Numbered from the stretch's first letter, positions 1-8,165 are shown. The stretch is DNA of 64,000 bases from Candidatus Poribacteria bacterium (GCA_965208675.1 OZ242351.1:4000001-4064000); one strand, 5' to 3'. Translations and numbers: made by a program. The notes: generated by a model from the letters alone, not told the origin.

Positions 1-870
1 TTCGGATTCAAATACCTGTTATCGGACAATCTGACGTTCAAGGGAAGTTGGGGGCGGTTCAGTCAATTCCTTTTTACTGTGAACGACGAAGATCAGGTGC
101 TGCAAATCGTCGATTTTTGGCTGCCGGTGCCTGAAGAATATGATGCCATAAAGAATCAACATTTCATTCTTGGATTTGAAAGATGGTTTAACCCGGGATT
201 TACCGGATCAGTTGAGGCATATTATAAACCCTACAGCAACGTCCTCACTAGCAATCTCGGCAACGATCCCGGCCGTGCGTTTGATGATTTCATCTCGGGT
301 ACAGGACGTGTTTGGGGTTTGGAACTTTTCATGAAGAAAACCGCCGGGAAATTTACGGGCTGGCTCGGCTATTCATATTCGAATGTTGAAAGGCGGTTCG
401 ATTTCAACCAAGATGGAAGGGTCGAAAAGACAGAGAATCGTGCGTCGGAAATCTATCCACCCAAATATTCGAGGCCGCATTCGCTCAACTTCGTTACCAG
501 TTACCAGATGAGCCGGAACAACCGGTTCTCACTCTCCTGGACCGTGTCAAGCGGTCAACCCTATACACCGGTCGTCGGCAAAGTCTATTATGGCGGCGAC
601 TCGCCGGATAACCCCTATGGGGACGTTATTAGTATAGAAGGCAGAAAGAATTCATCGCGGTATCCACCCTACGTACGCGGAGATATTGCCTGGATCAGAG
701 ACATCTCACCCTTCGGGGCGAACGGAAAATTCAAGCTGCAGGTCATCAATTTTACCAATCATTACAACTATCTACTCTATATTTGGGATCACGACCGTTC
801 ACCGTCAAAAGTTACAGCAATTAGTATGTTTCCAATTATCCCGACATTCGGAATAGAATTTGAGTTCTAA
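1..870 (+). CDS. TonB-dependent receptor, C-terminal part (starts before the window)
   Basis: Frame 1 is open from base 1 (FGFKYLLSDNL...). It has barrel motifs GSVEAYYK, GWLGYSYS and SGQPYTP, and a C-terminal beta-signal FGIEFEF. Confidence 0.85.
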   Translation, partial: FGFKYLLSDNLTFKGSWGRFSQFLFTVNDEDQVLQIVDFWLPVPEEYDAIKNQHFILGFERWFNPGFTGSVEAYYKPYSNVLTSNLGNDPGRAFDDFISGTGRVWGLELFMKKTAGKFTGWLGYSYSNVERRFDFNQDGRVEKTENRASEIYPPKYSRPHSLNFVTSYQMSRNNRFSLSWTVSSGQPYTPVVGKVYYGGDSPDNPYGDVISIEGRKNSSRYPPYVRGDIAWIRDISPFGANGKFKLQVINFTNHYNYLLYIWDHDRSPSKVTAISMFPIIPTFGIEFEF

Positions 871-1918
871 GAGGAAAACCGTGCATATTCTAAGAGTCTG
901 CCTCGCGGCGCTCTTGCTAGTTGCCGCGCTCTCATGCGAGCGGGAACTGGAGGTCGCCGATTTCAAAGATGATTTCGGAAATTACCAACCGGAACTAAAA
1001 GTTGAGGGTTTGCTTGACTATGATGCTCCGGAAAATTCCGTCATTCGGATTATCAGAACCGAGGCGATTGCGGAATCTGATGTGTTCGACGGAATTGACA
1101 ATGACGGAGACGGCGAAATTGACGAGTATGATGAGACGCTCCCGCTTATTCAGGATACAACGGCAACCGTCACTGTGACGAATTTAAATTCAGGGGAGGC
1201 ATACGAATTCCTGTACGTTACGCTGGCGGAGGAGTTGTTCTATCGGGAATTTCATGATGATTCCCCCCGCCTAGCTGGAAGAAGGGTTTATGGCGATGGC
1301 GGCTACAAACCAAAAAGTGCAGACGGTTTTCAGGTGGAACTCTTTGCCCAATATCGTTTGGAAATCTTTTCCGAAGCCTTCGACCAGACAATTACCGGCG
1401 TGACGACAGTCTATCCGCCGGTTGAATTCATCGACATTGATACCCTCTCAATCCTTAACGGCGGCCGCATAACGCTGGATAGAAATGTCGAAAAGACTAT
1501 CTACTGGCGTTCAGACTTGGAGGTGACTTCATACTTCGTTACCGTTGTCACCGTATTTGAATTGGACAACGTATTTCTTGAAGAAGAGCTATTCCTTGAG
1601 GACCCGCAACTCCATGAGGACGAACGGTTCGTCGAATCTGTCGATTCGTTCTCACTGTCCAGGGACAAAGATTTGACAGAACAGCACGGAGTCTCAATCG
1701 GCAAAGAGAGTTTCTTTGTGGGGCGGGAGGCTAATGCCGGCAAAACCTTGTCAATAATCGTCGACGGGCTAAGCCCGGAATATGGGCGTTACATCTTTTC
1801 GGCGTTGCCGCTGAACGACGCGCAGAGATCCAACCTTCGCGATCAAGACGGAAAACCCGTCATGGGCGCCTTCGGCGCAACCGCGTCAAACAGAATACAA
1901 GTGGAAATCGAAGAGTAA
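860..1918 (+). CDS. Lipoprotein accompanying the TonB receptor (DUF4249-like)
   Basis: Lipobox ALSC followed by ERELEV...ELKVEGLL. Overlaps the receptor stop. C-terminal MGAFGA. Internal DGIDNDGDGEIDE acidic loop. Confidence 0.7.
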   Translation: MSSKRKTVHILRVCLAALLLVAALSCERELEVADFKDDFGNYQPELKVEGLLDYDAPENSVIRIIRTEAIAESDVFDGIDNDGDGEIDEYDETLPLIQDTTATVTVTNLNSGEAYEFLYVTLAEELFYREFHDDSPRLAGRRVYGDGGYKPKSADGFQVELFAQYRLEIFSEAFDQTITGVTTVYPPVEFIDIDTLSILNGGRITLDRNVEKTIYWRSDLEVTSYFVTVVTVFELDNVFLEEELFLEDPQLHEDERFVESVDSFSLSRDKDLTEQHGVSIGKESFFVGREANAGKTLSIIVDGLSPEYGRYIFSALPLNDAQRSNLRDQDGKPVMGAFGATASNRIQVEIEE

Positions 1919-1926
1919 TACTTTTC

Positions 1927-2066
1927 GGTTCTTGTCGGTTGGGTAGAGCGATCAACCGACCGAATAGGGAGGGATCAACCGAGTGAATAACGAGGGCGAT
2001 AGTCTTATCCGAATGGTTTGCGATAAACCAAAAACTCCGCAATACCCAAAAGCGTTGGCTTTCGCT
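1927..2066. repeat. Family-A composite GTAG palindromic element, truncated copy (A1) containing module M
   Basis: GTTCTTGTCGGTTGGGTAGAGCG, then ATCAACCG...GATAGTCTT, then ...CAAAAGCGTTGGCTTTCGCT. The same blocks recur at 3301, 4716, 6990 and 8489. Confidence 0.8.
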
Positions 2067-2116
2067 CCACCACATTACTTACCAAACAATTGATGCATAC
2101 GATCCAATTTCTAAAT

Positions 2117-2555
2117 ACCCCCCTGATAAGGGGGGCTAGGGGGTTGCCACTCTTTTTTATTCGGATAGCGCTTTTCAGATTAAAGCTAGCCAATCCATAA
2201 GCCATCCAAGGGAATTGTCAGCCTCTACCCCATTGTAGGCGGTGAATCTTGCCCCGCAAAGTAGTAGGCACACTCCGTGTGCCGTAATCTTCTTTGAAAT
2301 CACACTACCCATACAATACACCATAACCGCGCAATCTAGCGATTGAATAGGGCGCAATAGTCGTCGGCTCCTGTATCCTGTAGGAGCGATCTCCGAATCG
2401 CGGCACTTATTTGAAACCGAGTTTTTTTCTTCAAAACTCGGTTTCTCCTAATCCTAATTGCAGTCCGAATCTCAGATTTAATAGATTCTAACGTGAATTC
2501 GGCCTGAACAATGTCTCAGACGAAATCGTAATCTATCCGACAGGAGTTGAATACT
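2117..2555 (+). repeat. Duplicated ~440-bp palindrome-packed leader of secreted paralog 1 (copy at ~5806-6241; partial copy at ~3616-3798)
   Basis: Direct alignment by eye. Contains CCCCTGATAAGGGGG, GTAGGCGG..GCCCCGC, GTAGGCACACTCCGTGTGCC, GTAGGAGCGATCTCCGAATCGCG, GAAACCGAGTTT..AAACTCGGTTTC and an AGGAG RBS. Confidence 0.9.
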
Positions 2556-3311
2556 ATGCCAATCAAAACTTTCCGATTCGTGATTGTTCTCTTGGGAACC
2601 GTCGCTGTGTTTGTGCGAATGTGTATCGCTGGTACGTGGATAGACGATTTCAGTGACCGAACCCTTCGAGATTGGGAAGGCGGTCTAATAAATGACGAGG
2701 TTAGCGCAGGTGTTGTTGGTGGACACTTCTATTATAGAGGAAAAAATGAACGAGCAGGTTATTATATGAAAAATTGGGCATTAGGGAAAATCCAAGATTT
2801 TTCGCTCGAGTTGAAGTTTATGGTTAGAGACCTCCGAGTCCCAGAGCGGTGTTCTTGGACTATTAATTATGACTCATTTAACGTAGAAACGCTGAATCGC
2901 AACGGGCTGATGGGCTTTTTGTGGTATCCCAATTTTGAGAAACCCAACATTATGGATGTTACAATTGATCGCTTCGAGCGGGAGGGGCACGCCTGGATTC
3001 CACAGACCGCTGCAATAGACAGCTTCGCATTCGAAGAAAAGGTCTGGTACACATTGCGGATTGAACGCGAAGGAAACCAATACACTTTTTCGATGGGCGA
3101 TTTGATTTTATTCGCAGAAGATGATACAGTGCAGATGGGTACGATTGAGCTGAGATTTTATGAACGGAATACCATCTGGTTGGATGATTTTACAGTGACC
3201 GGCCCCGATGTTCCGAATGGCGGACCTGGCTTTTTGGGAGTCAATCCATTGGCAGAACAATTAACGACGATGTGGGGAAAGCTGAAAGCACAGAACTGGC
3301 AGTTCTTGTAG
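2556..3311 (+). CDS. Secreted beta-rich protein with C-terminal LTTMWGKLK motif, paralog 1
   Basis: AGGAG RBS, signal peptide ending CIA, then GTWIDDFSD. WYTLRIER and IWLDDFTVTG strands resemble ConA/LamG-like jelly-rolls (inference). About 76% identical to paralog 2 by eye. Confidence 0.85.
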   Translation: MPIKTFRFVIVLLGTVAVFVRMCIAGTWIDDFSDRTLRDWEGGLINDEVSAGVVGGHFYYRGKNERAGYYMKNWALGKIQDFSLELKFMVRDLRVPERCSWTINYDSFNVETLNRNGLMGFLWYPNFEKPNIMDVTIDRFEREGHAWIPQTAAIDSFAFEEKVWYTLRIEREGNQYTFSMGDLILFAEDDTVQMGTIELRFYERNTIWLDDFTVTGPDVPNGGPGFLGVNPLAEQLTTMWGKLKAQNWQFL

Positions 3312-3615
3312 GTTGGGTAGAGCGATCAACCGACCGAATAGGGAGGGATCAACTGAGTGAATAGCGAAGGCGATAGTCTTGACCGGCAACCAAAACGACT
3401 ACCAAACGAAAAATCCGTCCCATTTACGCGAAAACTCCGCCGTTTATCATGGATTAAATTATCATCGTATTGACGCTATCACTAGCCTATCCAAACGTCC
3501 CAAAAGCGTTGGGTTCGCTACACCTTAACAATTTCAGCACATATTCCAATACCGAAATCCATTGGACATTATTCGCGTCTTTCATTTAATCCGCTTAACC
3601 CAACCTACAAAAACT
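3301..3615. repeat. Family-A composite element (REPIN/MITE-like) with terminal inverted repeats (A2)
   Basis: Begins AGTTCTTGTAGGTTGGGTAGAGCG and ends CGCTTAACCCAACCTACAAAAACT, a near reverse complement. Confidence 0.9.
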
Positions 3616-3798
3616 GTATCCTATAGGAGCGATCTCCGAATCGCGGTACTCATTTGAAACCTAGTTTTTTCTTGAAAACTCGGTTTCTCCTAATCCTAAT
3701 TGCAGTCCGATTCTCAGATTTAATAGATTCTAGCGTGAATTCAACCTGAACAATGACACAGACGAAATCGTAATCTTTTCGATAGGAGTTGAAATACT

Positions 3799-4542
3799 AT
3801 GCCAATCAAAACTTTCCGATTCATGGTTGTTCTCTTTGTAACCGTCGTTTTGTTTGGACGAATGTGTATCGCCGGTACGTGGATAGACGATTTCAGTGAC
3901 CCAACCCTTCGAGATTGGGAGGGCAGTCGAATAAATGTCGGGTTTAACACAGGTGTTGTTGATGGACACTTCTATTATAGAGGAACAAATCAACACGTTA
4001 ATGATATGGAGAATATTGCATTAGGGAAAATCCAAGATTTTTCGCTCGAGTTGAAATTTATGATTAGAAACCTCCGAGTTCCAGAGTATAGTTTTTGGAC
4101 TATTGAATATTCTTCATTTAACGAAGAAACGTGGAATTACGACGGGATTATGCAATTTTTGTGGTATCCCCAAGGGGAACCCAAAATTAACATTATGGAT
4201 GTTACAATTGATTGCTTCGAGCAGGAGGGGGACGCCTTTTTTCCACAGACCGCTGCAATAGACAGCTTTGCATTCGAAGAAAAGGTCTGGTACACGTTGA
4301 GGATTGCTCGCGAAGGAAACCAATACACTTTTTCGATGGGCGATGTTAGCTTATTCACAGAAGATGATACAGTGCCTATGGGGACGATTGAGTTGTCCTT
4401 TCATGGACGGAATACCATCTGGTTGGATGATTTTATCGTGACCGGCCCCGATGTGCCGAATGGCGGTCCAGGCTATTTGGGAGTCAATCCATTGGCAGAA
4501 CAATTAACGACGATGTGGGGAAGGCTCAAAGCACAGAACTGA
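3799..4542 (+). CDS. Secreted beta-rich protein with C-terminal LTTMWGRLK motif, paralog 2
   Basis: Same RBS, leader, signal peptide and framework as paralogs 1 and 3. Confidence 0.85.
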   Translation: MPIKTFRFMVVLFVTVVLFGRMCIAGTWIDDFSDPTLRDWEGSRINVGFNTGVVDGHFYYRGTNQHVNDMENIALGKIQDFSLELKFMIRNLRVPEYSFWTIEYSSFNEETWNYDGIMQFLWYPQGEPKINIMDVTIDCFEQEGDAFFPQTAAIDSFAFEEKVWYTLRIAREGNQYTFSMGDVSLFTEDDTVPMGTIELSFHGRNTIWLDDFIVTGPDVPNGGPGYLGVNPLAEQLTTMWGRLKAQN

Positions 4543-4715
4543 CCGAATCCGTTTTCCCGTCTTCCGAGCTTGCTATTACCCACAAGTCTCTGGAGTCAAA
4601 CGCCGTCTATGTTGGGGCTAAGAACGACTGTTCATTTCGGTATGGTGTAAACTGTGGGAAGGACATCCCTGTCCCGATAATCAGGGCTAGGAAGCCCTTC
4701 CCACAGGAGCTTCAC

Positions 4716-5012
4716 AGTTCTTGTAGGTTGGGTTGAGCGGACTTCACCAAATGATGTACAATTTCACGTTTTGCTCTAGAAGTCTAACGACGTCCAAGAT
4801 CCGATGGACAGAGCGTAACCCAACGATCAACCGAGCGAATAGCGAAGGCGATAGTTTTATCCGAATGGCTTCCGATAAACCAAAAACTCCGCAATACCCA
4901 AAAGCGTTGGGTTCGCTACACCTTAACAATTTCAGCACATATTCCAATACCGAAATCCATTGGACATTTTTGCGTCTTACATTTAATCCGCTTAACTCAA
5001 CCTACAAAAACT
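4716..5012. repeat. Family-A composite element (A3)
   Basis: Left arm GTAGGTTGGGTTGAGCGG-71 nt-AGCGTAACCCAAC, module M, spacer, then an inverted right arm ending CCTACAAAAACT just before dapB. Confidence 0.9.
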
Positions 5013-5013
5013 T

Positions 5014-5757
5014 ATGGAAAGTACATCAATGCCCACCCGTGTTTTAGTGAATGGAGCCTCAGGTAGAATGGGACAGGTTGCGATAGAGGCAGTTAATCTT
5101 GATGGCGGTCTGGAACTGGCGGGAACGGGACATCGAGGAGACGACCTATTATCCCTGATTGAGATAACTAATCCCGATGTTGTGTTGGACTTTACAACAG
5201 CAACGGTTGTCTTTGAAAACACCGCAACTATCATCAAAGCAGGCGTGCACCCCGTAATCGGAACAAGTGGCTTGTTGGAAGCCCAAGTTGAAAAGTTGGT
5301 TGCGTTGTGTGAACAGCAGCGACTAGGAGGCGTAATCGTGCCGAACTTTTCTATTTCTGCTGTGTTGATGATGAAGTTTGCAAAGCATGCGGCGCGTTAC
5401 TTTGACAGAGTTGAAATAATTGAGCGTCATCATGATGAGAAAAAAGATTCGCCTTCGGGCACAGCCATAAGAACCGCGGAGATGATGGCAGAGGATATTT
5501 CTTCACGAGATGATATTGAGGAGGAAGCAACGATTCCGGGGGTGAGAGGTGCGCTCTATCAGGGGATTTCAATACACTCGATACGGTTGCCCGGTCTGGT
5601 TGCGCATCAGGAGGTTCTTTTTGGCGGACCGGGCCAATTGCTAACCATAAAAAGTGATCTTATCAACCGAGATGCATTTAGTCCGGGGATTTGCCTTGCC
5701 TGCAAGGAAGTCGTAAACTTAAACGAATTGAAATGCGGTCTGGAACAATTTTTATAA
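5014..5757 (+). CDS. dapB: 4-hydroxy-tetrahydrodipicolinate reductase
   Basis: VNGASGRMG nucleotide-binding motif, VIGTSG, ERHHDEKKDSPSGTA catalytic motif, HSIRLPG. True start may be the ATG at 5029. Confidence 0.95.
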   Translation: MESTSMPTRVLVNGASGRMGQVAIEAVNLDGGLELAGTGHRGDDLLSLIEITNPDVVLDFTTATVVFENTATIIKAGVHPVIGTSGLLEAQVEKLVALCEQQRLGGVIVPNFSISAVLMMKFAKHAARYFDRVEIIERHHDEKKDSPSGTAIRTAEMMAEDISSRDDIEEEATIPGVRGALYQGISIHSIRLPGLVAHQEVLFGGPGQLLTIKSDLINRDAFSPGICLACKEVVNLNELKCGLEQFL

Positions 5758-5758
5758 G

Positions 5759-6241
5759 AGTTCTTATAGGTTGGGTAGAGCGATCAACCGACCGAATTTT
5801 TAAATTCCTCCCTGATAAGGGGGGCTAGGGGGGTTGCCACTCTTTTTTATTCGTTTATCGTACTTCAGAATGAAGTTCCCCGATCCATAAGCCGTCGAAG
5901 GTCATTGTCAGACGCTACCCCATTGTAAGAGGGGCATCTTCCCCCGCAAAGTAGTAGGCACACTCCGTGTGCCGTAATCTTCTGTGAAATCACACTACCC
6001 ATTCACCGCAACCGCGCAATCAAGCGATCGAAAAGGGCGCAATAGTTGTCGGCTCCTGTATCCTGTAGGAGCGATCTCCGAATCGCGGCACTTATTTGAA
6101 ACCGAGTTTTTTTCTTCAAAACTCGGTTTCTCCTAATCCTAATTGCATCCCGATTCTCGGATTTATTAGATTCTAACGTGAATTCAGCCTGAACAATGAC
6201 ACAGACGAAATCGTAACCCTTTAGACAGGAGTTGAAATACT
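5759..6241 (+). repeat. Half family-A arm (5759-5797) fused to a second copy of the ~440-bp leader
   Basis: AGTTCTTATAGGTTGGGTAGAGCGATCAACCGACCGAAT followed by sequence colinear with 2117-2555. Confidence 0.9.
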
Positions 6242-6988
6242 ATGCCAATCAGAATATTCCGATTCATGATTGTTCTCTTCGTAACCGTCTTTGTGTTTGG
6301 ACGAATTTGTATCGCCGGGACGTGGATTGACGATTTCAGTGACCGAACCCTTAGAGATTGGGGGGGCGGTCGAAGAAATCACGAGTTTAGCACAGGTGTT
6401 GTTGGTGGACACTTCTATTATAGAGGGATAGTTGAACAAGCATTTTGTCATATGGAGAATAGGGGATTAGGGAAAATCCAAGACTTTTCGCTCCAGTTGA
6501 AGTTTATGGTTAGAAACCTCCGAGACCTACGGCAGGGTTTTTTGACTATTGATTATTCTTCATTTAACGAAGAAACGTGGAATACCGACGGGATTATGCA
6601 ATTTTCGTGGTATCCCCAAGGGGAACCCAAAATTAACATTATGGATGTTACAATTGATTGCTTCGAGCAGGAGGGGGACGCCTTTTTTCCACAGACCGCT
6701 GCAATAGACAGCTTTGCATTCGAAGAAAAGGTCTGGTACACGTTGAGGATTGCTCGCGAAGGAAACCAATACACTTTTTCGATGGGCGATGTTATATTAT
6801 TCGCAGAAGATGATTCAGTGTCGATGGGTACGATTGACCTGTTATTTTTTGGAAGGTGTACCGTCTGGTTGGATGATTTTACCGTGACCGGCCCCGATGT
6901 GCCGAATGGCGGGCCTGGCTTTTTGGGAGTCAATCCATTGGCAGAACAATTAACGACGATGTGGGGAAAGCTGAAAGCACGGAACTGA
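6242..6988 (+). CDS. Secreted beta-rich protein with C-terminal LTTMWGKLK motif, paralog 3
   Basis: Same architecture as paralogs 1 and 2. Bases 6607-6794 are identical to 4161-4348. Confidence 0.85.
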   Translation: MPIRIFRFMIVLFVTVFVFGRICIAGTWIDDFSDRTLRDWGGGRRNHEFSTGVVGGHFYYRGIVEQAFCHMENRGLGKIQDFSLQLKFMVRNLRDLRQGFLTIDYSSFNEETWNTDGIMQFSWYPQGEPKINIMDVTIDCFEQEGDAFFPQTAAIDSFAFEEKVWYTLRIAREGNQYTFSMGDVILFAEDDSVSMGTIDLLFFGRCTVWLDDFTVTGPDVPNGGPGFLGVNPLAEQLTTMWGKLKARN

Positions 6989-6989
6989 C

Positions 6990-7234
6990 AGTTCTTGTAG
7001 GTTGGATAGAGCGATCAACCGACCGAATAGGGAGGGATCAACTGAGTGAATAACGAGGGCGATAGTCTTTTCTTGCCTTATCCGTATCGCTTCCGATAAA
7101 CCAAAAGCTCCGCGATACCCAAAAGCGTTGGGTTCGCTACACCTTAACAATTTCAGCACATATTCAAATACCGATATTCATTGGCCATTTTTCGCGTCTT
7201 TCATTTAATCCGCTTAACCCAACCTACAAAAACT
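6990..7234. repeat. Family-A composite element (A5)
   Basis: AGTTCTTGTAGGTTGGATAGAGCG ... CGCTTAACCCAACCTACAAAAACT, starting 1 bp after the stop codon. Confidence 0.9.
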
Positions 7235-7377
7235 CGGTGTCTCCTAACCAACGTCCGCCTTTCCCGCTCAATTTCCCACCTAAAGTCCAACCTAGACCTT
7301 TACCCAATTGTCGGTTCAACGGTTGCCCAAAAAGGCACTTGATAATTGTGTTGCTTTAAGCTACAATATAGGAAATC

Positions 7378-7635
7378 ATGTATACGGTTCGCTATCGAGC
7401 AGGCGTAGCAAAGATGCTCCAGCGTATGCCGCGGAACGTCGCTAAAACCGTTGTACGTAAGATTGACCAACTTGCTGAGTCGCCTTATGCGCCGAACAAA
7501 AATGTAACGCGTTTAAAGGGTGAACGAGGATACCGGCTCAGAGTAGGTGATTGGCGTGTGTTATATGAGATTCGGGACAATAACCTCGTCATCGAAATTA
7601 TCAAAATCGGACCAAGAGGAGGCGTGTATCAATGA
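7378..7635 (+). CDS. Type II toxin, RelE/ParE superfamily
   Basis: 85 aa with GYRLRVGDWRVLYEI and C-terminal IGPRGGVY. 4-bp overlap with the downstream HTH gene. Confidence 0.9.
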   Translation: MYTVRYRAGVAKMLQRMPRNVAKTVVRKIDQLAESPYAPNKNVTRLKGERGYRLRVGDWRVLYEIRDNNLVIEIIKIGPRGGVYQ

Positions 7636-7991
7636 ATGTTGAGACCGTCGAAAGACAAGGAGTGGAATATGTCCTTGTACCGAGAGTACAGTACAATCAG
7701 CTCTTAGAAGATGCGGAGATGCTGAGAGACATTAGAGAGTTCCGTGAAGCAAAAGACGCTGGCGAGGAAACCTACCCGAGTGAAGTGATTAACCGGCTGA
7801 TTCTAAATGAGGAGAGTCCAATACGGGTTTATCGAGACTATCGGGGACTCACGCAGCAGCAACTCGCTGATAAGTGCGGGATTCAGCGCGCATATTTAGC
7901 AGAGATTGAAACCGGGCGCAAGGCCGGTTCCATTAAAACTTTGAAGACAATCGCCGCAGCGCTTGGCGTTGAACTAACCTCCATCTCATGA
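7632..7991 (+). CDS. XRE-family HTH antitoxin
   Basis: RGLTQQQLADKCGIQRAYLAEIETG HTH, coupled to the RelE-like toxin. Confidence 0.85.
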   Translation: MNVETVERQGVEYVLVPRVQYNQLLEDAEMLRDIREFREAKDAGEETYPSEVINRLILNEESPIRVYRDYRGLTQQQLADKCGIQRAYLAEIETGRKAGSIKTLKTIAAALGVELTSIS

Positions 7992-8165
7992 GGTGGAAAG
8001 TTTAATCGCTCTGAATTGGGAAAAGGTCGGGGATTCTCTCGTCTTTGCCGATTGGATTGGGTCGATCAAAAAGCCGGTAAGCCTGTCGCAACTGTCCACC
8101 CTTCATATTCGAGGATACGCGAAAGATTAAGATGAATTCCTTCGCAGTTATAGAAAGGTGCAATA

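Noticed and set aside
4733-5047. Short ORFs over repeats (4733-5047, 8480-8752, 8568-8792, 8654-8929, 1860-2075, 6950-7159, 42029-42310, 53788-54195)
   Set aside because: They are translations of the repeat elements, which explains their shared peptides, and they lack RBS or domain support.
2556-6988. Classical diversity-generating retroelement (TR/VR pair)
   Set aside because: There is no reverse transcriptase or non-coding template repeat in the window. By eye only about half of the polymorphic sites include A, close to chance, and variation spans the whole gene. A trans-acting DGR is not excluded.
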